DNA from: Cyanophora paradoxa CCMP329
Taxonomy: Eukaryota; Plantae; Glaucophyta
Reading direction: 5' to 3'
Length of the DNA: 64,000 nucleotides
Assembly (NCBI GenBank): GCA_004431415.1
Contig: QPMI01000203.1
Location: 1-64,000, forward strand
Shown here piece by piece: positions 11,811 through 23,339 of this stretch (its first letter is position 1; every line of letters begins with the position of its first letter). The position numbers and the translations under genes were made by a program. Below the pieces are notes generated by a model. That model was not told where the DNA came from. It ran no database searches and worked only from the letters and a program-made list of their open reading frames with translations.

Positions 11811-12093
11811 GTCAGAAGGACCAGGTTTCCGGTACAGATGAACATGCTCGTGCGTGCTGCGCAGCGTAGGCAAGCTGGCAGCGCAGGCGGGCAGAGCTGG
11901 TGTGTCGTGACTCGTGAACAGGTGCAGGGTACAAGTGTGTCACCCGGGGCGTGAGCCCGGGAGGGGTACATGAAAAGTAGTGGGGGTCCAATCGGCGCAC
12001 TCAATGCGAGCGCTGCGGAGACTAAGGCCAAGCACTGCGAGTAGCGCGACTCGGGGTGCCGGCTCCTGACGGCATAAAGCCGTGAGGCAATAG
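11811..12093 (-). repeat. 3' LTR (283 bp)
   Basis: Identical by eye to 25520-25802; minus-strand end ...TTCTGACA (CA completed at 11810). Confidence 0.9.
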
Positions 12094-12440
12094 CTCCGCG
12101 TGTTCCTCGTCGGCACGTCCTCGTGCCGCCCGAGGGAGGCCAGGAAGCAGCCGGAAGGGGCCGGCCAAGGGGTGAAGAGGGTGATCATGATAGCAGGAAG
12201 TGGCAGGGTCCAGAGCCGAACGGGTGATCAGCCCGCGGCTTCAACTGTGCAACCCAATCAGCGCCCAAGGAAGGGGAGCAATCCAGGAGGTGTGCGACCA
12301 ACGCGGGTCGGACACACTGAATGGAACAGCTACAAGAAAAGGTTCCCAGCCCGCTGCTCCGGTTGAGCAACGGGAAAACTGGGGGTAGGTCCGATGAGGA
12401 CCCTCCGTCGCTGGAGCGACGGCCAGCCAACCACCACTGT

Positions 12441-12610
12441 AGGGCCCACTGCCGGGTGCAGTGGCCCTCCGCTGCGATGAGCAGCGGCCAACCATCAGGG
12501 CCCACTGCCGGGTGCAGTGGCCCTCCGCTGCGATGAGCAGCGGCCAACCATCAGGGCCCACTGCCGGGTGCAGTGGCCCTCCGCTGCGATGAGCAGCGGC
12601 CAGCCATCAA
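12441..12610. repeat. 56-bp tandem repeat x3 in the retroelement 3' UTR, two hairpins per unit
   Basis: Units start at 12441, 12497, 12553: agggcccactgc-cgggt-gcagtggccct then ccgctgc-gatga-gcagcgg. Confidence 0.9.
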
Positions 12611-12767
12611 CAGAGCCTGCCGCTGGTGCGGCAGCCCTCAGGGTCCGCTGCCGGATGCAGCGCCCTCACGGTCATCACATCAACTACCAGGGCTACTCAG
12701 GTGAAGCTCAGGGACCCGAGCTCCGCGCCCGTCATAGAAACGAACGCCACCAGCCCCAGCGTCATAG

Positions 12768-14420
12768 CTAGGCGAAGTCGTGCTTCGGCCAGCCTACAAC
12801 ATGGAGCTGTACGCTCTCTTCCTGCTCAGACTCCACGGAGTCGTCGTCGCTGTCCTCCTCGGCCGGGCGGCCCTCCGAGTGAGGCTCGTCGTCACGCAGG
12901 ATCGGCGGATCCTCCATCTGCTGGTCACCATCCGCGTCCAAATGTACCGGAGGCGGAGGAGCAGGTTCAGGGGCACGCCGTCGAGGCCGACCAGGCTTCG
13001 GATCCTCGGCGAAATTATCGGGGCGGTCGTAGTAAGGGATGATGTTGTCGACATGCACCACAACGTCCATTGAACGATGCATCCGAGACGACGGGTCGCC
13101 GCATACAGTGTAGAGGTAGCCGTGAGAGAAGACCTCCACAACCACGTACGGGCCGGTCCAGCCGTTGCGGGTACCGTGCTTCATGACGTTGGTTGCCTTC
13201 GCACTCTCGCTCCAGCAAAGCACCTTGTCGCCCGGCACGAAAATCTGACGAGGTTCGTTGCCGGTGCCGTAGCGAAGAAGCTTCTGGTTGTACATCTTCC
13301 GATGGGCCTTGACCGCCTCGGCAACGCTTGACGCCGCCCACGCGACAGCCAGCGCGTACTCCGCGTACGCGTAAGGCTCGCCAAAGGGTTCACGCTGAAC
13401 CAGATCCAAACGGAGGTCCCCGGGCAGCACCAGCTCGCGTCCATGGTGAAGCGTAGCCGGAGAGAAGCCGGTCGCCGCGTGGATCGTAGTGCGCAGCGCG
13501 AAGAGCACACGGTAGTGGTAGCTATAGTACGGCCAGTAGACGTTGTCGTGCTTGTCTTCGGCACAGAGCGCGAATTCGAAGATGAGCCGCTTGTACACTC
13601 CGACGAGTCGTTCGGCACCGCCGTTGGTCGACTGATGAGAGACACCAGTGTAGATGAGCCGCATGCCCTGCGCGCAGCTTGGTCCAGAACTTGCCCCAAG
13701 GAGTGTTTGGCTTGAAAACCGTGCCGTTGTCAGTGAGGTAACGTTTGGGCGTGCCGTTCGAGGACTGAATGCTCTGTGCAGCCCATTCCATTTCCGTGCC
13801 GTCAGCCTCCGTGAGCATGACGATCTCTGGATACTTGGTGTACGCGTCGATGTCGATCAGCACTTGCGTGAAGCGGTGAGGGGCATCTTTGGCGTGAGGC
13901 ATCGGGCAGAGATCAGCTTGACGCAGGTCGCCAGGGTGCCGTGATTCGATGATCATGTGCGCATGCTGCACTCGAGGCCGGTGCTTGGCCTTCGCCAACT
14001 GGCAGTGATGACAGGTACGAACGTAGCGGTGCACCATGTTCGTCATACCAGGCCACCAGAAGCGAGTCACGATGCGCCGTGCAACGATGCATATGGACGC
14101 GCCTCGATGAGCCCAGTCATCGTGATACGCCTCCATCACTGCAGCTCTCCAGCGTTGAGGCACTACCACCGGCGAGCCCATCTTTGGGAAGAGGGGTGCG
14201 CGGAGGACCGCGCCGGAGCGGGAGAGGCAGTAGCGTCCCGCCTCGTTCACAAAGCGTTCCCGCGCCTGCCCGCAGCCGAAGCAGGTCTTGTAGACGTCGG
14301 GGTCACGGTTCAGGGCGTCAGCGCCGTGAGTGTGGGCGTAGCAACGTGCGAGATTCTCCTTCCGAAGCTTGAACGCGGTGATCATCTGACAGAGCGGGTC
14401 CGTCTTCTGATCTTCAACCA
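12768..14420 (-). pseudogene. Retroelement integrase (frameshift near 13670)
   Basis: HHCC finger YHDDWAHRG..YVRTCHHCQ; catalytic QADL, TDNGTVF, HQSTNGGAER; ATGFSPATL; WTGPYVV (GPY/F motif); no chromodomain seen. Confidence 0.9.
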
Positions 14421-15899
14421 TAGAGGCTCCGTCGACCGTCAGAGGCTGTAGAACAGGTGGTACAGGGACTTCAACCAGTGGCTGAGGCCCCTGCATCCAG
14501 CAGTCGGCGACAGTGGTTTCTGGCGGCAAGTAGGCCGGCTTCGGGGCGTTACGCCCGCCAGTTCGGTCATCCAACGGAGCGACGCCGTCCGTCGAAAACG
14601 GCTCTGCAGGTGGAAGTTCGCGTTCGTTGCCCAGCGTCTCAGGTGGAGTCGGTATCGGGAGGAGAGCCTCGTCGAGTACGTCCATCACGTTGGGAGGCGC
14701 AATGGCGTACCGACCCTTGCGAGACCCCGCACCACGCGTGAGGATAAGGTTCGGGGGACGTGGTGCTTGTGCCTCAAGTTCTTGGCGACGAGTGTCGCGG
14801 CGCTGCTTACGCTGTTCCTTCGAGAGGCGAGGACGCGCCTCGGCTCCGTCAGGATCTGCGTTGTTGCGCACGTTCTCCTCGTGTCGCTGTTGCGCTTGTT
14901 GTTTGAGCCACCGATGTTGGGCCTGCTTCGCAGCTCGATGGCGATCCTCCGCCCTGCGTCGAGGCTGCTTGTTGCCCTGCTGCCCCGCGAAGGCAGGTGA
15001 CGCCGAGGGCGCGGGAGAAGTCGCTTGAGCAGGTTCTCCATCCGTCGCGTCCGTCAGGTCTCCGACTGAGCTGTTCGGCGAAAGCGGTGGATCAGCCTCT
15101 CCGTCGCGCTCCTGCAGAGCGGGTTCGTGCTGGCGTCCGTCGAGGTGGCGTTGCGCCTCCTGCTGCCAGTAGCTCTCGATCTCATGCTGAATGCCGCCGG
15201 GGATCCGGAGCTGGGGAGGCGGAAGAAGGTTCCCGATCGGATCCGCGTCAGGCAGCACCGGCTTGCGAGGCTCGGTGGCTGAGGGGCGGTTTCGGGAAGG
15301 GTGCAAGCGAGGTCGGCCGCGAGGTCGTCCACGAGGTTGTCCACGAGGTCGCCCGCGCAGTGTACCCCTCCCCCTCCCATGGTTTCCCGAGTCGCGAGTC
15401 CCGTCGCGCGTGGTGTTGTCATGCGCGGGCGAGCTCCGCTGTTCCTCAGAGTGATGTCCCGCCCGTCCAGGGAGATCGGCCTCGGCGCGCGAGGGCGAGC
15501 TCCGCTGTTCCTCAGACGAAAGTTCCTCGTCGTCAGCGTCGGAGAACTCCGCGGGATCCACCTCCGAAGTCACGTCCTCGGCATCGTCCATCGCCTGCTC
15601 CTCTGGATTGCGGCGAGCGCGCTGTGGCGGTGAGTTGGGCGAGCTACGTGGCTCGGCCAATGTCACTGGTCGGCGTCGCTTTGTTCCAGGTGCAGGAGGT
15701 GCCCATGCCCGCCCGTCGAGGCCGGCGGCCGCGATGGATGTCGTAGGCTCGGTCGTCACGGGGACGAGCGTGCCGTAGATCTCCGTCGGGTCGTCGGGAT
15801 CGCCGCTGCGGGGTACCGAGTGTCCGTGAGCCCCATTGGGCAAGTCGGTAGTGAGGTCCGATCCGTCCGCCGCCCCAGGCTCGTAGATCGGATGCGTAC

Positions 15900-17335
15900 G
15901 AGCCATGCGCGACTCGAAGTCGGCGACAACGTTGGTCGAGCCCGGCCTGTACTCGATCGTGTAGTTGAAGCCTTGCATGACGAGCGCCGCGCGTGAGAGC
16001 GCCTTGTTCGCCAGGAGTTCTTGCGACTTCAGCCACTGCAGAGGCGAGTGGTCCGTGCGGATGGTAAACGGGTGCCCGCAGTCGAAGTAGTGTCGCCACG
16101 TGTTGACGCGTACGGCCCACATGACCGCGATGCATTCGCCTTCCGTCGGGGAGCTGTACCTCGCCTCCGTGGCCGTCAGGGTACGGCTAATGAAGGCAAT
16201 TGGTCGTTCCCGGCTGTCAGAGTCGGCCTGCATGAGCGCCGCGCCCATTGCTCGCAGGCTCCAATCCGTGTAGATGATGAACGGCTTGGAAAAGTCGGGG
16301 AGCATGAGCACGATGTCGTCGCACATGACCTTCTTGAGGTCCGCGAGTGCGTCGCTGGCTTCTGGCGTCCACTGAAGTTGCGTCGTGTCCGCTAGCTTCG
16401 CTGCGTGAATCAGGTCACGGAGCGGGAGCTCGCGTCGCGTGTAGTTGCGGATGAAGCGCCTGTAGAAACCAGTCATGCCGAGGAAGCTGCGCATGTGCTC
16501 GACGGTCTGCAGTTCGCGTTCGGTAATCTTGGAGATCACCTCCACCTTCTTCGTGTCCATGCGAACGCCTTGCGCGCTGACACGGTGACCGAGAAGGTCG
16601 ATCTCGCGGACCATGAAGTGACACTTGCTCGGTTTCAGCTTGAGGTTGCCCCGAGCAAGCGCCGCGAAGAAGGCCTTGAGATCGATGAGGTGGTGGAGAG
16701 GAGGTCCCCGAGCACTGAACTGACCGCCCGGCAGAATGCTGACGGAGCAGACTTGAGCCGAAGGGGGTGCACACCCATTTCCAGGCTCCCCATGGCAGGA
16801 GGAAAGTGGTGTAGTCACGAGAGGCTTCTTCGAGGCCGAGTTGCCAAAATCCGCTCAGGCAGTCGCCAACACTAGTACTGAAGATGGAGGAGCCTTGCAG
16901 ACGTTCGAGTTGATCGTCAATGCGGGGAAGCGGGAAGACGTCGCCTTCGATCAAGTTGTTGAGCCGTCGGTAGTCGACGCAGAAGCGCATCGTGCCGTCC
17001 TTCTTGGGCGCCAGCACCACGTGCACGGGACTGCCGTATCCAGCCTGCGAGGGCTCGATGAGGCCGTCCTTCAGCAGCTGTTCGATAGTCGCCTTGGCCG
17101 CCTTCTCCGCCGGGGGAGAGAGCCGCCGAGGGACTGTATAGAGGGGCAGCCGCTTGGGGTTGACACCTGGCAGTAGACGAATCGAGTTCGTGTACTTGAG
17201 AAGGTTGCAAGGATCAAGAACTTTGGCAAAGCATCTCGCTTGTTCGTGCACATGTACAAGGCTTTGGAAAGTGTCCGTCGTGAGGTTCAGCGCCCGAAGC
17301 ATGTAGTCGGAAGAGAGAGGTGTCGTCTGTGGCAC
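15900..17335 (-). pseudogene. Retroelement reverse transcriptase + RNase H (disrupted)
   Basis: LLKDGLIEPSQAGYGSP..KKDGTMRFCVDYRRLN..FPLPRIDD..SGFWQL..TTFLLPWG; LKLKPSKC..LLGHRVS..SFLGMTGFYRRFI..PDFSKPFIIYTDWS..IRTDHSPLQWL..YRPGSTNVVAD. 1-nt deletion after TPFG, and the YxDD segment is missing. Confidence 0.92.
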
Positions 17336-20300
17336 TGACGACGCTGGCCAGCAGCGTGCCCTGAGCGAGTGCCCTGGCCCGGAGATAGACGGAGACGCGA
17401 GGTATCAGCGCAGCTGTGTGCCGTAGCTTCGAGTCGACGTAATCGATGAGAACCTGCCCTTCGTCTGCCTCCAGCACGGGAGGGAGCCTGTGCAGTTCTC
17501 GAAGAGACTGGTGGAACAGTCGAACGTGTACAGCGTGTGTGTCACCCTGCGCCGTGACTGCACGCAGTGTGGAGTGGGTGCAGCGGTGAAGTCGTGGTCC
17601 CCTCGCCCTTGCGGGCGTCCAGCGCCGTCTTGTAGGCCCGGGCTGTGTCGATCACCGTGGAAAGGATCGCAGTAGCCACCGAGTCCGTCGTGTAGCTTGC
17701 GATGCCCGCGTCGATTGCGCTGAGGCCCTGAGGCCGAGGAACTTGAGGAAGGGGACCGACGCAGTCAGGTCGCGCAACGTAACGAGCTCCGCCGGAGTGC
17801 TGTCGTAGGCCAGACAGGCGACGAGGTAGACTGCTGAGCGGAAGCGAGGAATGTGGTGCAGCAACTGGGCAGCCTGCGCCTCGCGAGTGACCTTGTACGT
17901 GAGCGGAATCGGGCGCTTCTCGTCCTTGAAGCGGGCCATGTCGTCGTCGTTCAGCGGGCACCTGCCGATCCGACGTGCAAGGTTGTTCTGAAACACGCCC
18001 GTATTTGCGATGCCCACCGCGTCGTAGGAAGCGGGGCACCACGCGACGGGGCGCTCGTCCGAGTACAGGTCGGCGTTGTCCAGTGCCGTCGTCATGAGCA
18101 TGTACGATTGTTCGCCTGGCCAGTAGATCGCGCAGCCTGGGGCAAGGGAGAATGTGTGGGCGGGGATCTCGCGAGCGTCGGGAGGCGGGTGAAGTCTGCC
18201 GTGCTTGTTGGGTGCAATGTGAAGCCGTGCACAGACCTCCCTGCTGAACAGCGTGTCCGTGTCCTCAGCCTCCTCCGGGGCCGTCGGCGTCGTGGTCGAG
18301 GGTCCCGCGGTCGGCGTCGTGACTGTCGGCGCTGTCGGCATCGCGGCCGAGGGTGCGACAGCGGACGTTGTCACCGACGAGGCTGGAGTCATAGCACGTG
18401 CCGTTGGCTGCGCGGCCGAGGGCGTGGGGGGAAACGTCGCGGGCTTCGGAGTTGCGACTGCAACCTGTACCGTCGGCGGCGCGGCCGAGGGTGCGGTGGG
18501 CAGCTTGTCCGAAGGCATCGTCTCGCGCGGGCGCGCGGACGGTGGGCGCCACGAGCCGCCTGCAGCCGGGATGGCATCGTCCAAGCCGTCGCTTGCAGGG
18601 CGGGTTAACGAGACAGCAGCCGAGCCCGTCGGCGTTCCAGCTGGCTCGTCGTGGTCACTTGGCGACTCCTCGTCGCGGTCCTGGGCGCGCCGGCGGTACT
18701 CCGCGTTCCTCCGCCGCTGGTCCGTCTCCTCGTCCGCCGTTCGGAGGGCCGTGAGCTGCATGAGCGTCATGATGCGCTCGTTCGCATGCGGCACGATGTC
18801 GTCGAAGAACGGGAGAGGGTCATCGTTGGCGAACTGAATGATCGCCCGCTCCACCTCCAGCTCCGACAGTTTGAAGGCCGTGCACACTCGTTCGCGGTGC
18901 GCCGGCGCCAACAGCAGAAGCACGCGAAGGAGGACGTGGGGAGGGTAGTCCTCCATGTAGCCCGTGCCCAGTGCGGGGAGGGACTGAGGATTCCAGATCC
19001 ACTGGAGATTGTCGAGGTTCGGGGGCTGTACCGGATCCGTTCGAGTGAACGTTCCCGTGGCGTCGCACTGCCCCACCTGAGTCCACGGTACGGCTGAGAT
19101 GTCCGTTCCGTACGCCGGCTGAATGTGAGAGTAGGCCACGGGCGTCCCAGCATCCAGCCTGGCAGAGCGAAGGAGACCGTACTCGTCGCCCGGCCTGACG
19201 GACTTGGTCCAGCTCGTCGGGCGCGGCGGGTCCGTGACCGAGAACGTGGACGTGTCGGCGAGGGGGATGTTGGTGTACTCGTCGGCAAGAGAAGGGAAGA
19301 CCGCCTCGCGTAGATCGGCGAGCTGGGGAGCGTAGACGGCGAGGTTGCAGTAGATGCGATGAAGCAGGTCGCACATGGCCGGAGGAACCTGGCGGCAGTA
19401 GGGCGGTTCGGGGCCGGACAAGGAACGGGGCTGCGAAGCTCGTGCGGAGCAAAGCGAAGGTAGAAGGCCCGCGTTCCCGGAGAGAAGCACAAGTCCAGCG
19501 GCGTCATCTTGTTGAAGATCTCGTCGCCGCCGTGCGCGTTGTAGAGGACATGTACAGACCCCGCCGCACGAAAGCGGGCGCGAAGCGTCGCCGCCGCCAA
19601 CTGGAAGAGCTGCTCCAGCTCCCGAGCGTTTGACTGCGTGAGGCAAGCGCGGATGGTGTTGCGGAACGTCGCCACCGTCGAGTCGGAGAGTGCGGGCTGG
19701 GGCGCCGGCGTCGAGGGTATCGTGGCCAGCATTGCTGCGATCGGCGGGTTCGCAGTCGTCGGAGTCAACGTCGTACCAAGCACCTCCAGGGGCGGCCAGG
19801 GCTCCGTGAGGTGCGGCGGCCCCGAGGGACGCTGGTTCGGCGTCGCCGTCGTTGGCACCGCGGCGCTCAGCGGGTCCGATCGCGTCCGAGCCGCGGCGGC
19901 GGGGAGGGTAGGGGGGACGTAGATGGGGATGGGGCTGAGGCCGAACTCGCGCGAGAGAGCAGCGGGATCCAACGCCGGCAGGTGCGCGAAGGAGGGCGTG
20001 CCCGTAAGGTGCATTGCGACCCCCAGAGCAAGCTTCGGGCGGGGCGGCTTCTCAGTCTTCAAGTACGCGATGATGTCGTGCACCACCGAGGACCAGCTGT
20101 CGGAGCTGCAGGGTGTACAGGTCTGCGTACGTCTGGGCAAACGCGCTCTGCGTGCACGCCGGAAACGCCATCTCGTCGGACGGGGCGTCGGTCAAGGTCC
20201 GAGTCGCGGGTGGGGCTGACGATGTCGACGGCTAGCGCTGCGTGGCCGTGGACGAAGACAGCTGCGCATGCACGTGTGACGACGGCTGCGCGGCCGTGGT

Positions 20301-22890
20301 CGCAGTCGTGCGGGAGAGCGTCGACGAAGACGACGGAGTTCCCGAGGCCGTGGAGCTCGAGGCGTGGGCCAGGTGCCAGTTGGTGTGCGGACGCTGCCGA
20401 ACGCCCTCGCGGAGTACCACGTCCTGCTGCTCCGTCGTCGCCGTACCATCCACGACGGCCGCAAAAGCCTTCTGGTAAGCCCTGCGGGTTGCCCTGCCGT
20501 CGGGAAGGTCCGGGCCGGCCTCCATCAGTACCGTGTAGTACGGGTGACTGGAAGCGCCTTGCGTGCGAAGCGGTACAGTCGGGTTCCTGTTGCTTGCCGG
20601 CGGCAGCGGGCGTGGCACTTTGCCGAGGTCGCCCGGCACGCGGGCAGTCACAGTGATGGGGCCCGCGGCGAAGAGGAAGTAGGGACGGTGCTCCGGAGTG
20701 TTCGGAGGCGCAGGGAGAGGAAGGCGGGAGAGCTCATCCAGCATGAGGCGGTGAGCCGTCTGGAGGTACGCTGGCGGTTCGTGAACCCGCGCTCGCACAA
20801 CGTGCAACTCCACCGGTTCCAACGGTCCCGTGCCCCTCCGTTTGGCCGGGAACTGCTCGCAGTGAGGGCAGAACTCCTTCAAATACGGGGCCAAGCTCTT
20901 GACGAAGGAGTTCTCCGCGCGGAGGTCAACCGCATACAAGTCCGTCACGTCGTCCTGCGCCTGCATGAAGCAGGGGCGGAAGTTGTGGTGAGGCTTGATG
21001 AAGTACGACGAAGTCTCGCCAGCGACTCGCGAGTCGTAGGTGTAACCGCGCGGCCGCTTGCCGGCTTGCCGCGAGCAAAGGGCAGGGCCCCTGGGAGCAG
21101 CGATTGCCAGCGTCTTGCCCTCCCGGGAAGCCCGTCGGGTAGTGAGCGGAGCTGACAACGTCGGCACGGTAGGTAATATTGTCCTGCCGCTTGGCGTGTG
21201 CAGCGTGGGCGAGGAGCTCGAGGTACGGGCGCGCGACGGCCTCCGTGCCGGGAACGGGTGCTCCGTACACTTGGAGCGCCGGCGTAATGTGGTCGCGGTC
21301 AACGTTGGACGGCGCGGGCTCCGGCGGAGGAGGACCGGCCGTCGGAGCAGTCGAATGAGCGTTGCTGGAAGCAGCGGGCTGCCGGGGCGTAGACGTCGAG
21401 CCCATGGCCATCGCCTGCGTCGCGGCAAGCACGTCCTGAGCCTCGCGCTCGACGTTGAGGGCAGGGCGAGGACGGGGAGAGGAGCGGCCGCCGGTGGTGA
21501 CGTTGACTGGGCAGACGCGGACCGCCGCAACGTTGGAGCCGTGAGTGCCCAGGGCGCGCTCCGCCGCCCAGTGAGCCTGCTCCTGGATCCGGACTTGCGC
21601 CGCCTTGAGTCGCGCCTTCACCTCACGCGCAAGCTCCTTGGACGTCTTGAGGCCGGGCGTCGTCCGCGCAGCGTCGACGGGCGGCGGTGCGGTAGACTTG
21701 GCGGCGGGCGGGGTGAAGCGGGTCGAGGCAGCAGGGACCGTAAGAGTCGTGGCAGCGTCGGCGCGCGACGGTGTCAGAGGTCCTGAGGTCCCGACGGTCG
21801 AGGGCGTGCTCATAGTGGAGGCGGGAGCGGGGGCCTGTGTCGTAGTAATCGCCGTCGTGCCCGTGGTGGCGTCGTCGTGCGGCGGCACGCGGGAGGCAGC
21901 AACGGGGAGGGCGGGAGCGGCGGCCGCAGCCTTGACGCGCGAGGGCGCAGCCGTCGGGAGGGTCGGGGTCGCGGCGTCGGCGTGCGACGGCGCGGAGTTG
22001 GTCGAGGGGGAGACGAGATCCGACTGCGAGGCCGAGGCTGCAGCGTCGTCGTGCGACGGCGCAGTCGGGGCGTCGGGCATGGGCTCGTCGTCGAGGGGAG
22101 CGACGGGCGGCGGGGGGCAGGCCGTGTAGGAGATGCCCATCGTCACCGGCGGGCGCGAGGCGCGGGTCGTGGCCTGGAAGGGGACGCCCTGGGGCTGCGT
22201 CGGAGCGCCGCCACGGCCGCCGCCACCACCACCGCCACGTCCGCCACCGTAGCCACCGCCAGAGCCGCCGCGACCGCCTCCCGGGGCGCCACAGCCCCCT
22301 CCTGAGCCGCCGCGTCCACCGCCGCGGCCTCCCGGGCTGCCGCCGTTCGGGTTAGGGCAGTCTCGCATGATGTGGCCCTCCTGCCCGCAGCGAAGGCACT
22401 TGTTGGCCCACTCGCAGTGTGCCGCCAAGTGTCCGTAGGCTCCGCAGAGGTAGCAAGCGCCAGGTTGTTTAGTCCGTAGCGCGGCGGTCGGGGCGCAGCT
22501 CCGACCGGTACCAGTGGGTCGTGCAGAGGAGGTGTCATCGCCAAAGTGCCAGCATGCGTCCTCCGGGAGGCCAGCCTTCACGCGACGGTCACAGAGCCAG
22601 CGTGTGCCGTTGGGCCGGACGGGCTTGTCGGGGCGAAGGATGTTGAGGCCGGCGAGAAGATCAGCTTTCGTCTGCAGGCGGAGGTCGGAGGGCCACGTCT
22701 GGGGCCGGGTCGAGTTCGCGCTCGAGCCAGCCTGGCAGCGGGTGGTGGGGTCGTCGCCTGGTAGAGAGGAGCGGTCTGCGGGGCCGTCGCGTTCTGGTAG
22801 ACATAACCGATGTCGGCGTAATTGAACGGGTACTCAGTCTCGTCGCCGTCACCGTAAGCCGTCGTGTCCGTCATGATCATGATCATCGGA
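17336..22890 (-). pseudogene. Gag-like region with two CCHC zinc knuckles followed by ~1600 codons of unassigned polyprotein (several frameshifts)
   Basis: CYLCGAYGHLAAHC and CLRCGQEGHIMRDC then an RGG tract; overlapping minus-strand ORFs 20926-22581, 20232-21530, 18767-20140, 17652-19646, 17542-18042 and 17214-17477 chain up to RT. Confidence 0.7.
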
Positions 22891-23339
22891 GTTTCAAATT
22901 CCGTGCCCCGATCTGAGACCGCGTTTGCACGGAACAAGTTGTCATACTGCCCGCCGCAGCATCCATGGCAGTGCTGAGGCGACGGCGTGGATGGCTGTGA
23001 GGGGCAGGACTTGGTGTGCTCGAGCTCGACGTCGTCCTCCTCGTCGTTGTGGTCATGGGAGCGCTGTTCACGCGTGCGCGCGGCACGGGCGGCCAGCTGC
23101 TCGTTGGAGACGGGGGCCGAGGGGTCGAACTGCTTGCGCGTGCTCGAGGCACGGGCGGTTGTTCGCTCGGCGGGGCGGGAAGAGGAGGAGGCCGGGGCGG
23201 GGGCGAGGAGGCGAGGGGCTTCCGGCGCGGCGTCGACGCGTGACGGCGGCCGGGCGGCCGGGGGATGGGTGGGCGGTGTCGGCGACGAATGTGCGTCGAC
23301 GGGGCGGCGGCGGCAAGGAGGGTCCGAGGCGCCGCGAGT

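Noticed and set aside
12071-12093. ggcataaagcc as an initiator-Met PBS
   Set aside because: Poor match to TGGTATCAGAGC, on the wrong strand relative to pol, and present in both LTR copies.
12388-12610. Hammerhead ribozyme suggested by (c)gatgag motifs
   Set aside because: No intact CUGANGA plus GAAA core; GATGA sits in simple hairpin loops.
17650-17720. VIDTA or AIDAG as the retropepsin active site
   Set aside because: Neither matches D[TS]G[AS] with the expected flanking pattern; left unassigned.
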